64,000 bases of DNA from Lama guanicoe (Eukaryota): positions 1,345,520 through 1,409,519 of the forward strand of contig MU053561.1 of the NCBI GenBank assembly GCA_013239625.1, read 5' to 3'. Both the position numbers and the translations under genes were made by a program. Shown here piece by piece: positions 1 to 12,799 of this stretch. The notes under the pieces were generated by a model. The model was not told the DNA's origin. It did no database searches and saw only the letters and a list, made by a program, of their open reading frames with translations. Positions within the stretch are counted from its first letter, which is position 1. Each line of letters opens with the position of its first letter.

Positions 1-469
1 ATACAAAATATGCTGCCCAAATGTAAAGGAATATAAAACATTAAGTCCTCATCACTTTTTAGTTGTTTGTATGGAAAGCAAATATCAGATATTCCACATT
101 GTGTGTTATTTAGTATGCACAGTCACAACTGAGCACACAGGCATAAACAGACACATACGTGGGCAGTTCCTACGTACTCCAGTTCCGCCTCTTTGAAGCA
201 CAGGAAACCTTTTATCTCATGCGGAGTTTCAACTTGACGTTAGGCGTTATTCGCCACTGTAATCTTACCCAAATCCATCACTCCAGCCATATGTCTCCCA
301 AACACCTTGCACATTTCATATGGGCCACTTAGTCATACCGCTGTCTTCAACTTCCTCCCACTTATCCACATTCTTCAGAAACTGTCCCAAACCCACTTTC
401 CTTTGTGAAGGCTTATCTTCAACCATCCAGTGACATTTTTTCTCATTTGAATTCTCAGTCCCTAATTAT

Positions 470-660
470 CTTTAACACTCTTTTCCCACACCATTTTCTA
501 CAAGGTGTTGTTATTTCTCTTGATATATGTAAAGGTCTTACCTCCCAAAACTGGATAGTGAACTCTGGAAGACACTATTCGTAACTTACTCTTCTCAGGG
601 ACTTTTCATCACCTGACGCGGTGCCTTGTATGGAGTAGGTGCTAAGTGGGTTGATGCTAG
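470..660 (+). mobile_element. L2 LINE 3' end remnant
   Basis: Degenerate L2 tail motif (gcggtgccttgtatggagtaggtgctaagtgggttgatg, cf. acagtgcctggcacatagtaggtgctcaataaatgtt). Confidence 0.55.
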
Positions 661-854
661 AAATGAGATAGAACCAGAGACAGCTGTATATTGGGGCTAG
701 TAAAGTTACTACCTCTGGACCAAAAGATTTAATAACATTATTTTTGTCAAGGAAGAGGGTAAATTAATCCCCATGGGGTAAATTTCTGATTGGCCTATAA
801 AGGAATTGTAGGTAGAATCTTAGTTAATAAAGTGAGGGTTGGTTCAGGTCAAGA

Positions 855-1250
855 AGATGAATGACACTGCAAAAGTGCTGTGTTGGCATATATGTGTGCT
901 AGTTTACGTCACATGTTCAGGGAAGTCCTCACTGACAAGGGGAGACCTGATAGAGATTGGAAGGAAGTGAAAAAGCAAGTCATTTGCTTATGTTAAGAGT
1001 TTCTGGCAGAGTATGCAGCAAGGCTGAAGATGGCAAGGTGGAAGCATGCTTGGTGTATTTGAAGACTAGCAAAGGCCAGCGTGTGTTGAAAAGAAAGAAT
1101 AAATAGCAATTGTTAAAATTAGAGAGTCAGCTAGGGTCTAGATCATGCAAGACCTTGAAGAGACTGATTTTTATACTGAATGAGATAAAAAGTCATTGTA
1201 GTGTTTTGATCAGGGAACAAAAATTATACTATACATTTGAAAATCTCAAT
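855..1250 (-). mobile_element. L2 LINE fragment
   Basis: Purine-rich antisense L2 body (tcagggaagtcctcactgacaagg..., gcaaaggccagcgtg, gatcatgcaagaccttg). Confidence 0.55.
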
Positions 1251-1689
1251 GTAAAACTGGATTTGTTGTCAACCTTAGCTCATATCTTATCATTATTTGC
1301 TACACGTGTGGCACTCTGTCACTTTTAAAAAATAAAAACTAAATACATACACTTGAAGTAATCAACTCAGAACCTTAGCAATAGCTAATATCTACCTATA
1401 ATTCTTAACGGTAATTCTTTCTTTACCATTAGCTATTTATGGTAAATTGATTTGTACTGTATTCCCTTTTATTATTATTAATTTAAAGAATAGTTCCTTA
1501 AGGCTGAAATACATCTGCATTTTAAAAAAACCTTTATGTATAAACACATATGTAGACAGAGCAGAATTATAGTGCATCCTCTCATTTATGTTCCACAATG
1601 ACCAACTAATGGCCAAACTAATGTCCTGTTTCATAAATTTCCCCACTCAATCCCACTCCACTCCCAGACTACTTTATTGTCAATTTTAC

Positions 1690-4450
1690 TTAAGAGCAAT
1701 TTGCAATAATGCAAAATCCATCACTTTACGCATTTTTGTGAATTGTGACAAGGCATACAATTGTGTAACTTCCTTTGCTGTCAAATTATCAAGACACAGA
1801 ATTTTCTCATCGCACCAAAGAGTTCCCACATTCCCTTTCATAGTCAGTGCCCTCCCCTTAGCCCCGTTCCCTGGTAATGCTGTTCTCTATCCCTGTAGTT
1901 TTTCCTTTGTAAGAACGTAATATAAATATAATCATACAATATATAGTCTCTTACTTAGCCTAGTGCTTTTGAGATTCATCTATATTGCCAAAAATATCCA
2001 TAATCCATTACTTTCTATTGCTAAGCAATCTTCCATTGAGTAAGTATACCATAGTTTATCCATTCACCAGCTGATGAACATTTGTTTTCTTTCTTTCCCC
2101 CAGTTTTTGGCAATTGTTTTCTTTTCTTTCCGTTTTTGGCAGTTGTCAATAAAGCTCCTCTAAATATCCACATCTAGTTTTTTGTATGGATATTTATTTT
2201 CATTTCCCTTGAGTAATTATGTGGGAGATTGATGAGTTGTAGAGTAGTTTATATTAAACTTATTAAGAAATAGCTGAAGTGTTTTCCATACTGACTGAAC
2301 CGTTTTGCATTTCCACCGCCCGTGTCCGATGCCCTGTATCCACATCGGCATTCAAGTAAGAGGTACTGGGATCTAATTGTGATTTTAATATAACTTCTCC
2401 TAATGATAATGTTGTTCATCTTTTCATTAGCTTATTTGCCAAATTGTATCTCATTTTTAGTGAATTATCCATTCAAATCTTTTCCTCATTTTTAATGATC
2501 TTTTCTTATTGTTGAGTTTTGAGAGTTCTTTATGTATCTTTATCAGATATGTATATTGCAAATATTTTTTCCCATCCTGTGAATTATCTTGTTTATTATC
2601 CTCTCCGTGTTTTTCAAAGAACAGATTTTTTTACTTGATGAAGTCTGTTTTATCCATTTTTTTGTTTTATGATTCATGATTTTTGTGTCTAAGAAGTCTT
2701 TGCCTGACCTAAGGTCACAAAAATTGTGTTCTTCTAGAAGTTTCATAGTTTTAGGTTTTATATTTAGATCTATGATCCATTTTCAGTTAATTTTTGCATA
2801 TGTATTGTGAAGTATGGTTCAAGATTCATTTTTTTCTGTTTCTTTTCTCCATCCAGAGGTACAATTACTTCACAATATTTGTGGGAAAGACTTCATTTTT
2901 CACTGAATTCCCTTGGTATCTCTGTAAGAAATCAATTGGCCGTAGATGTGTGGGTCTATTTTTAAATTCTGTTCTGTTCCAGTGATTCATGTGTCTATCC
3001 CTTCATCAATCCCCCACTGTCATGATTAATGGAGATTTGTGATGAGTGTTGAAAACAGGTAGTGTGGGTCCTCAAACTTTGGTTGTCTTCTTCAAAAAGT
3101 GTTTTTGCCATTCTAGATCCATATTATTTCCACATAAATTTTAAGATCAGCTTAGCATTTTCTACCAAAAAAATGCTAACAGTTATTTTGGGATTGCAAG
3201 ATTAACTTAGGGAAAATTGCTATCTTAACAATACTGAGTCTTCCAGATTCATAAATATGAGTATTTCTCTATTTCTCTAAATCCTTAATTTCTCTCAGCA
3301 GTGATTTGTAATTTTTAGTGTATAAGTTTTTTACTTCCCTTTAAAAAATTACTATTTTTTAATTTTATAAATTATTTTCTTCATTTCATTTTTCAATTAT
3401 TCAGTGGTATGTTACAGACATTTAATTTATTGTTTACATTGATCTTCCATTCTGCAATCTTGTTGAACTTACCTATTAATTCTATTAGCTTTTTTTTTTC
3501 CAGATTCCATCAAATTTACTATAGAGAATATCATGTAATCTGTGAGAAAAGACAGTTTGATTTCTTTCCATATAATATGGTTGTTTTTTTTTTCTTTCCC
3601 TTATCTTATTGCATAAGCTAGAACATTCCGTACATTATTGAAGAGAAATGGTGACAGTGGACATCCTTGTCCTGTTCTTGATTTTAGGGAAATGCATCAG
3701 GCATTCACCATTAAATATGATGCTAGTTGTAAGTTTCTTTAATAGATGTCTTTTTTTTTTCCCTTTTTGAAGGGCAGTTCCCTCCTTTTCCTATTTTGTT
3801 GAGAGCTTCTATCATAAAGATTAAATTTTGTCAAATGGATTTTCTGTGTTTATTAAAATGATCATCTATTCTTTGTTCTTTATTAATATGGTGAATTATA
3901 TTGATTTTCAAATTATATACCAACATTTTATCCCTGGGGTAAACCCCAGTGGGTCATACTGTGTAATTCCTTTTATATGTTCCATTCAGTTTACTACTTT
4001 GTAGAAGGTGTTTATATCTATATTCATAGGCAATATTAGTCTGTACTTTCCTTCATTTGTGATATCTTTGGCTTTGGTATAAGAGTAATATTGGCTTCAC
4101 AGAATGAAGCATTTCCTTCTCTATTGTCTGAAAAAGTTTGTGTGGGATTCAATTTTTTTTTTTCTTCTTCAAATGTTTGAAATGATTTAATAGTGAAGCC
4201 TGGTCTTTAAATTGTGGCATGATTTTAAATTACTGTAATATAAATTTAAATTAAATTTTAAAATTTTAATTGTACATTTTTTCATTTGTCTAATTTGTCG
4301 GCACAAAGTTGTTCATGATACTCCCTTATAATCCTTTTAATTCCTGTATGTGCGGCAGTGATATCCCTTCTTTCATTCCTGAATTTGGTAATTTTTGTCT
4401 CCTATTGTTTCCCCCTTGGTTAGTCTAGCTAAAGTTGTATAAATTTTTAA
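1690..4450 (-). mobile_element. Old LINE-1 (L1MB/MC/MD-like) 3'UTR and ORF2, decayed
   Basis: Antisense L1 hallmarks: ttatccattcaccagctgatgaacattt, gcaaatattttttcccat, gaaatggtgacagtggacatccttgtc. Confidence 0.85.
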
Positions 4451-4459
4451 AATCTTTTT

Positions 4460-5810
4460 CTAAGAATTTTGTGCTACTGTGGACACGCATATTACACCTA
4501 CATATGTTGTGAACCCAACAATACAGTGTTATAATTAAGGCTCTTTATTTTTCCTTTTAAAGAAAGCAAGAGAACAAAAGAGAAAAGATACATTTATTCA
4601 GATTGGGTAACTTCTATTTATCTTCAAGTTCATTGATTCTTTCTTCTGCCATCTTAAACCTAATGTTGAGCCTATGCAGTGAATTATTATTTTGACTTAG
4701 CATTTTCCAATTTTAAAATTTCCATTTTTAAAAAACATGATTTCCTTGAATTAGTCTTTGCAAATATTTATAATAATTGCTTTCAAATATTTGTCTCCTA
4801 TATCCAACATCTGGACATACTCAGGAAGTTTTATTGAGAATTTCTAAATATGGGTCATACTTTCCTATTTCTTTGTGTGCCTCATAATTTCTTGTTGAAA
4901 ATGACCATTTAGCAACTCTCTGGATTCTGATTTTTCCCTCTGAATACTGTTACTATTGCTATTTTTTTCCCCTTTGTGGGTGATTTTGTTTTCATGTAAC
5001 TTGCCTGATCTATGCAATCTGTCACTCCTGTAATGTGTAGTTGCTATTGTTTCTGCTGAGATTATCTTTGCATTTTTATTTTCAGATTTTAGCCTTGCTT
5101 CCTAGAGATCATTAGTGTTTCTCAAGAGCTCAGTGATCAGCCAGTGAATGATAAAAAATTGTACTCAAACATCTCCAGCACTGTCTTCTACCCTCTGTCA
5201 GTGGATCTGTGTGTAGGTTTGGTAGTATGTTCAAAGCTCAAGCAGTTTCCATGACTTCCACAGCCTTTATTTCCTTCCAGAAACTTTCAGGTCTTCCTCT
5301 TTGTGGACAGAGTTGATTAGTCAGCCAGGATGTGTGAAGTTTGCCAAGCTCGTCTATCACTTTCTCACTTCAAGGAACTCCCCTTTAAGTTTCTGGCTAA
5401 TCCTCTCATCTGCCTCTTAACCCAACAGAGTCTGTGACCTTAGGCTATTAATGGGGCTATAGGCCTTCTCTGTTCATTTCCTACTGAGTTTGCTACTTTT
5501 ACTGACAATGCCTCCAAAGGAAGGTAGCTCCCTCCAGCAGAAAAGCTACTGGTTTTAGGGCCAGCCCTTCTCTTGGAGAACTACCTTGCCGTCTGAACTG
5601 AAGAGGGGATGGAAGCAGCTCCAAGTAAGTAAGGACACCTTCCCACTGTTCTTACCCAATGTTAAGTAGTTCTTGATGAATAAACAGTTCTAAGGTTGTT
5701 GATTGCCTTTGGTCAGTTCCAAGAGCCCTTCATCAAAATTTCTGACAGTTGTCCAGTGTTACGTTATCTATTTGAGGAAGAATTTGCAGAGCTCATTTCT
5801 TCATCATAGA
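4460..5810 (-). mobile_element. Old LINE-1 5' part (ORF1/5'UTR-like), decayed
   Basis: tcttcaagttcattgattctttcttctgcc and a pyrimidine-rich antisense L1 ORF1-type composition. Confidence 0.55.
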
Positions 5811-5829
5811 TGGAAGACTTCCCTATACT

Positions 5830-6200
5830 TTTTTTTTCTTATTGCATTACACTGTCTAGGACTGTTGAATAGGAATAAATAAATGGACAGCCTTTTTCTA
5901 CTCTTGTTCTCAGGAAAAAATCTTTTAACATTTCACCATGAAACATGTTTTCTAGATTTTTCTGTAGATACACATTAACAGATTAAAGAAGTTCACTTCT
6001 TGCTGATTTTTTTTTAAAAAATCATGTTTGGATGCTTAATTGTATCACAAGTTTTTTCTACAACTATTATAATCAAGTTTTTTCTCCTTTATTCTATTAA
6101 TACAGTGAATTATACTGATTGCTTTCCAAATGTTGAACTAAGCTTGCACTCCAAGAAGAAACCCAGCTTAGTCACAAAATATTATCCTGTTGTGTATATA
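5830..6200 (-). mobile_element. Old LINE-1 ORF2 fragment
   Basis: ttttcttattgcattacactgtctaggactgttgaatagg, ttttaacatttcaccat match antisense L1 ORF2. Confidence 0.7.
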
Positions 6201-7519
6201 ATTACAGAAGACTGATTCTAATGATAAACCAGAGTAGCTTATGAAGGTGGTGAGGTCACAAGGTACTAAAAATCACACAAACATAAAAAAAATATTTTTT
6301 GTCTTAGCAAAATCAAAGAATTGATAGGAATCAAGGCACTAAAGTAAATAGCATGGAGAGAGAGAAGCTACTGAGTGGAAAGTAGTATATTTAAATTTGA
6401 GATTATATGTGTGTGCACTTACTGTTAGTGGCAAGGAGGATGAGCATGTGTGTGAGTGACTGAAGTAGGGTGGGAGACAATATCATTGGACATGAGAAGT
6501 GTAGCAAACTGAATGGAAGGTGAACTCAAAGAATCATCTATGAGTATTGTCATCAAAATGTGAAAGAAGTAGATTTACAATATCGCTTTTCTTATGTGCT
6601 TGTTGTAAAAGCCTACAGACCTCTAAATTACTCTCCCTAATTCACCGAATACTTTAGTTATCAGAGTTTTGAGAGAGGAGAATAGATAGAATAGAGTAGT
6701 AAATTAGTAGATTCCATGATCAAACAAACAATAACAACAATAGCAGTGCAAAATGAAGCAAAGTACTCTCTAATTCTCTGAGGGATTCAGAACCCTTCCC
6801 AGGACCTCTACCTCTCATCTGGCCTTCAAGAATAACAATATACATGGTTATCTACATTTTACAGTCAGAAAACATGTAAATATGTTTTTATTAACTGTAA
6901 ATGTAATTTGCTTGAATTTTAATTAGAATAAATGATACTTATTTTCAGTATTTTTTCACATCTTAAGTTAACATACAACATCTTGGGTTATCAGTTCTTC
7001 ATTATTTTATTTTTTAAGATGAGAAGCTGTATATAGAAAGATTTAATTTGATGCTGTCTCTTTAAAAAATTAGAATCTTGAGTATTTTTTTACACTTACA
7101 TCAGTATGCTTTATGATATTACCTTTTCTCTATTATTAAATTCACTACTTATAATTAAATTTTGTCCCATGCCATGCTTTTTATGCTCTGGCCTGTGGGT
7201 AATGAGGTAGAGTTTCATTTTAAATGGCATAAAGGAGAAGGGTTATATGTATTATAGGTTTAATTTTTCTCCTCTGTTTTAAAATCAAAATTTTCTTAGG
7301 ACCATCCACAAATTACAGAAAGCTATTGGGTTTTTTTTTACCTTGGGAGGATGAACACCTGGTTCCTTTGGCAACTGGTTTTTCATTGTTCAGTACAGAC
7401 AGGAGATGGTGGGAACAAAAGCAGCGGAGACATGGAGTTGACCTTCTTAACCAGTTAAGGAAGAAAAGGCCCTTTGGGAGGGTGGTATTGGGTAATGCAG
7501 ACAGGCTTATATCTGTCCC

Positions 7520-7680
7520 TTAGAGACTGGGTGACCTTTGGTTAGTCCTTTAATTCTCCAGAGCTACAATTTTCTCAGTTGTAAAGTGGAAGTAATAACA
7601 TGGTTCATCCTGACTACTTCAAAGAAGTATGACTGTATTGAGGTGCTAAAAACACAAGTGAGTAACGTTAATTACATGAT
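7520..7680 (+). mobile_element. MIR SINE
   Basis: MIR core: ctgggtgacctttggttagtcctttaattctccagagctacaattttctcagttgtaaagtgg. Confidence 0.7.
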
Positions 7681-8154
7681 TTAAAATCTCCGTTTAGCAT
7701 CTCATGCCCCCTGCTTTCTGCTCTTTCTGAGGGAACCCAGTCTGACATCCTCCAGGTATGCACCTGTGCTAGAATAGGGGTGGAGAGTGGCAGGAATGTT
7801 GGCTCTGGGATCTTCCCCTTTCATGGACAGCCACTGAGCACAATGTCTGGCATAGAACTGACCCTCAAATGTGAATGAATGACTGAAGTATGGACTGTAC
7901 TGAATTCATTAATATTTCCTTCCCAACATTAGCATCTAGGCCCTGTTAGTGTCAAGGCTACATTTTCCTGAGCAATATTTCTACCTCTGGGGGTTAGGTG
8001 GGGCCATGTTTATGCTGAAGAATTATGAATGCTTTGCCAGTGTTGAGCAGTATCCTAAGATGGAATGCCCTGGTAAATTGTTCTTTGTATTTTACTGACA
8101 TATTTCTGGTCATTTTTCATCCAGCAGGAAGTGGAGTCACCTTTATTCAAAGTC

Positions 8155-9160
8155 AATTTGGGCTTATTTCTGGGCTCTCTGTTCTGTTCCATTGATCTAC
8201 GTGTGTGTTTTTGTGCCTGTACCCTACTGTTTTCGCTACTACACCTTTGTAGTATTGTCTAAGGTCAGAGAGTGTAATACCCCCAGCTTTGTTCTTTTAT
8301 CTAAAGATTGTTTTAGCTATTTGTGGTCTTCTGTGGTTCCATGCAAATTTTAGGATTATTTGTTCCACTTCTGTGAAAAATGTCCTGGTTTTTTTTTTTT
8401 TTTAAATAGGGATTGCATGAAATCTGCAGATTGCTTTGGATAATATTGACATTTTAACAATATTAATTTTTTCAATTCAGGAACATGGATATTTTTCCAT
8501 TTATTTGTATTGTCTTCAATTTCCTTAATAGTTTTCAGAGTTTAGGTCTTTCTGGTTAAATTTATTCTGAGGTATTTTATTCTTTTTGATGTGATGATAA
8601 ATGGGATTGTTTTCTTGATTTCTCTTTGATAGTTTATCATTAGTGTACAGAAGTGCAACAGGTATATGTATATTTTGTATCCTGCAACTTTACTGAATTC
8701 ATTTATTAGTTCTAATAGTTTTTTGGTGGAGACTTTAGGGTTTTCTATGTATAGTAGTATCATGTCATCTGCAAACAGCGACAGTTTTACTTCTTCCCTT
8801 CCAATTTGGATGTCTTTTATTTCTTTTTCTTGTCTGATTGCTACAGATAAGACATCCATCATGTGTTAAATAGAAGGGGTGAGAGTGAGCATCCTTGTCT
8901 TGTTTTTGATCTTAGGGGAAGAGCTTTCAGCTTTTCACCATTGAGTATGGTGTTAAGCTCTGGGTTTGTCATAAACGGCCTTTATTGTGTTGAGGTATGT
9001 TTCTTCTGTACCAACTTTGTTGAGTTTTTATCATGAATTGATTTTGAATTTTGTCAAAAGATTTTTCTGCATCTACTGAGATAATCATGTGATTTTTACT
9101 GTTTTGTTAATATGGCATATCACATTGACTGATTTCCAGATATTGAACCATTTTTGAAAC
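8155..9160 (-). mobile_element. LINE-1 ORF2 internal fragment (RT region), relatively young
   Basis: ORF 8542-8862(-) translates [53 protein letters not shown], i.e. L1 RT with the FADD motif; frameshifted. Confidence 0.95.
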
Positions 9161-9927
9161 CTCCTTTGTCTTTGTGGCACTTGTTCGGGTCTCTTGAACT
9201 CTCAGAGTTTATCCTGAGACTTGGTACTTAGCTTATGGTGTTTTCTGAATGTCACATGAATTGGTTCCTGAAAAGTTATTCCTCTATACTAAATGGAAGT
9301 TCAGCCATTTGCAGGGTGCTTGTATCTTTTTCACTTTTCCTTCTACTTTCCCCCCTTTATTACTGTCTTCCCTCTTCTTAGATATGTCCTTCCTTCTCTC
9401 TTTCCTAGAACCCAGCCCCAAATCTGCTTCCCTGTCTCTAGTGAACTGCCATCCAGTGGGTCAGGAATGAACCATACTCAGATATCCTCTGCTCGGCTTT
9501 CTTGAGAGATTATCCTCTCTGAAGCTAAAATAAGGATCAAGCTCCTCTTTAAAAAAAGACCCAGCACTAGACTCTAAGACGTTTTACCCATGGTAACATG
9601 TGGTCTTGACTGAATGATTTGACTGGTGCAGGGAGACTAAGCAGATGACAAAAGCTTTATTTAAACTGGTGCTGGCTTGTCTGTGAGGGAGGAGCACTCT
9701 TTTTTTCCCCTCCAGTCAAAGCTCGTCCCCTTTATCCCGTACACATGCACTTCATTGAGCTAAAGCTGCAGAGCAGTGCAGCCTTGATTTATGAGGGCCG
9801 TGTTTCTTCTCTGATCCTGGCTGGCACAGCGTTGGAGTCTTTGCTTTTATGTGTCCACGTTAGGGGGCAACTGGCGACCAGCTGTTGGAAACTGGTCTAA
9901 GAAAATAATAAAAATAAAAATACTCAC

Positions 9928-9969
9928 GGACTATCCTGTCAGTTCAGGTTCCTGGTACCTGCCATCAGC
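9928..9969 (-). other. Candidate non-coding exon (42 nt)
   Basis: Minus strand acceptor cccttatttatcccaag and donor CC|gtgagt; all three frames contain stops. Confidence 0.3.
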
Positions 9970-11199
9970 CTTGGGATAAATAAGGGAGTCCTTCCCCCCC
10001 ACCTTGGAATGAGATTTCTCTATGACAAATAGATTTATATTGTGCTGGAATGATTGGTAGGTACCAAGGGGGTCTTGCCTGAGGGCTAAGTTAATAATTG
10101 CAACTGTTAGAACAATAATTCACATAGTCCCCAACCCCTTTATCCCTGAAGGGTCTCAAAGTACTACATATGTAATGTACTCCCAAGCCTGGGGTCTTGC
10201 TAAACTCAGCTGTGTCTGGGGTATAAAGTAACACCTGGGAGAGACTGGACACAGGGAGTGCCAGCACCTTCTGAGTCTCCCCACTCAGGTGAGAGGTTAT
10301 CATGGGGGCAGGAGCCAATGGCAGAAAGAAAAGGGAAGGGTGTTTTGGGGGAGTGGCCCCCTCACAGACACAAACACTGTTGTAGAGAGAGAAAAGGGCA
10401 GGAGATCTCTTTAAAAACCAAAATTCTCTGAATGTTCTGAGTAACAGGACCTTCATAAATATTTTTGTATACTGTTTATGTGTTACATGTCAACCACCTC
10501 AGGGCACTTAGTTACTTAGTTCTTTATAATTTATTTGTTACATATTTTAAAGAAAGGCTTGAGTTGGCTTATAATACAATACATGTAGAATAAGACAGTT
10601 AATATTTAAATAAAAGGTGAAATCATGTGGACTGAATATAAACATATCTAAACATTAAGCCAGTATATGTCAAACTAAGTTACTCAATTAGTTTTGCTGG
10701 GTGTAAATAGGTATTTCTTGAAAAGGCTGTTCTATAACCAAACAAATTAAGCAGATTTTGGGTAGAGAAAAGCTAGACATTGTTACTACAAAATTCCCTA
10801 GATTCTTTAACTTGTTAAAAAGTATTATAAATTTCCAAGAGAAGGATACCACTATATTTATCTTTCCATGGTGTTCTGCAGAACACACTTTGTGAAAAAT
10901 GGACCTATGCCAAAATGATGTCTGGAATGAAGTACTAATGTAAGTTCTAAGCTCCTTAGGTATGATAAAAGAATATAAACTTGCTCTATAGATGAGACAC
11001 TTATTTTTTAAAACAAATTTCAAAAGGGAATTTAGCCTGTGAACTGTTACCCAAAGAAAGATACTGTGATGGGTGTTGTCATGAGCAGTGGCTTTGTAGA
11101 AAAGGCAGACATGCTTTCATTATGGCCTTTTCTTATTTTAACTTATAATGCAACATAGAAAACATTGGGAAGGGTATCAAATTAAAACATGTAAGTTCC

Positions 11200-12120
11200 A
11201 TTGCTAATTATCAGAGAAATGCAGATCAAAACTACAGTGAGGTATCACCTTACATTGGTCAGAATGGCCATCCTTAAAAGGTCTATGGATAATAAATGCT
11301 GGAGAAAAGGGGATCCTCCTACCGTGTTAGTGGAAATGTAGTTTGGTGCAGCCAGTACAGAAAACAATATGGAAATTCCTTAAAAAAACTAAAAACAGAG
11401 TTGCCATATGATCTAGCAATCCCACTCCTGGGCATATATCCAGAGAAAACTCAAATTCAAAAATGTACATGCACCCGAATGTTCACAGCAGCACAATGTA
11501 CAACAAACAAGACATGGAAGCAATCTCAATGTCCACTGACAGACAGATAAATAAAATGTGGCATTCCACACAATGGAATACTACTCAGTCATATAAAAGA
11601 ATGAAATAATGCCATCTGCAGCAACATGGATGAACTTAGAGATGAGCATACTAAGTGAAATAAATCAGAGAAAGACAAGTATCATATGGTATCACTTCTA
11701 TGTGGAATCTAAAAAATGATACAAATGAACTTATTTACAAAAGAGAAATAGAATCACAGACATAGAAAACAAACATAATTACCAAAGGGAAAGGAGGGGG
11801 ATGGATAAATTATAAATTTGTGATTAATAGATATATACTACTATATATAAAATAAACAATGTCCTGTTGTATAGCACAGGGAGCTGTATCTTGTAATAAC
11901 CTATAATGAAAAAGAGTATGGAAAAGAATGAATGAATGAATAAATATGTGTGTATATATATATAATATATATATATTATATATATATAATTATATTATAT
12001 ATAAATATATTATATATATATAATTATATATATATGACTGAAACACTATGCTGTATACCAGAATTGAATACAACACTGTAAATCAACTATACTTCAATAG
12101 AAAATGTAAAAATAAAAAAA
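11200..12120 (+). mobile_element. 5'-truncated LINE-1 (ORF2 C-terminus, 3'UTR, A tail)
   Basis: ORF 11296 gives [29 protein letters not shown]; typical 3'UTR; A-rich tail near 12110; degenerate TSD ending aagttcc on both sides. Confidence 0.95.
11945..12035. repeat. Imperfect (TA)n microsatellite in L1 3'UTR
   Basis: Directly visible TA/TAT run. Confidence 0.9.
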
Positions 12121-12140
12121 TAATACAAGTTCCTGGAAGG

Positions 12141-12293
12141 TAGGATTGCCAAATGAAGTACAGGAAACCCAGTAAAATTTGAATTTCAGATAAATTTTTA
12201 GTATGTCTAAAAATTGCATAAGAAATACTAAAACTTTTTAATTCAAATTTCACTGAGTGCCCTACATTTTGATTGGTTAAATCTAGCAACTCA
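12141..12293. mobile_element. MER53 palindromic hAT-type MITE
   Basis: taggattgccaaat..acccagtaaaatttgaatttcagataa ... attcaaatttcactgagtgccc..aaatctagcaac; self-complementary, matches the recalled MER53 consensus. Confidence 0.85.
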
Positions 12294-12649
12294 ATTAGAA
12301 AGTCAAAATTTGTGTCGTATGTTTGAATCACCCAGCAGCCTCCACTGTGCGATAATCACCATGCTGGCATTGCCACAGCCCTCTTTCAATTGACCCACAC
12401 TGATTGGAGAGTCTACAGCTGTCAGATCTGTCTTCACTTGCCACACCACCAAATCTCAGGAGTCCTAGCTCTTATCTCTTCATATCCCTGGGAAATGGGC
12501 TGGCTGACCCTTTGGAGTACTCTCAGGTTGGAACCCAGCCCTTCAGTTCCCTGAAGTCGGTGGTCAGCCTTAAGAAGGAACATGTATTTGGCTGTCACGG
12601 GCAAGCAAGGATGTTTACCTCCTAGGCAAGCCCCCCCCCCAGTACTTAC

Positions 12650-12699
12650 CGCACTGTCTCTGCACTTGTATTATTAGCCTTTTATGCCTTCTCTGTCAC
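12650..12699 (-). other. Candidate non-coding exon (50 nt)
   Basis: Strong acceptor ttctcatttcaacag|G and donor GCG|gtaagt; stops in all three frames, so UTR or lncRNA if real. Confidence 0.45.
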
Positions 12700-12799
12700 C
12701 TGTTGAAATGAGAACGCAAGGTCTCTGGGCCTCTCCAGCCCTTTCTCTTACATTAACTTAAGTCACACCAGATGTGGGCCTACACTGCTTAGGAAGACT

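Noticed and set aside
2082..2141. ~30-bp tandem duplication in L1
   Set aside because: Ordinary slippage duplication inside a dead repeat.
8542..8862. ORF with a reverse-transcriptase FADD motif as a gene or novel RT system
   Set aside because: It is a frameshifted LINE-1 ORF2 fragment; the same applies to ORFs at 11296, 21193, 25347, 40064 and 41298.
9853..9872. CTCF site (ccacgttagggggcaac)
   Set aside because: The 5' half mismatches the core consensus at key positions.
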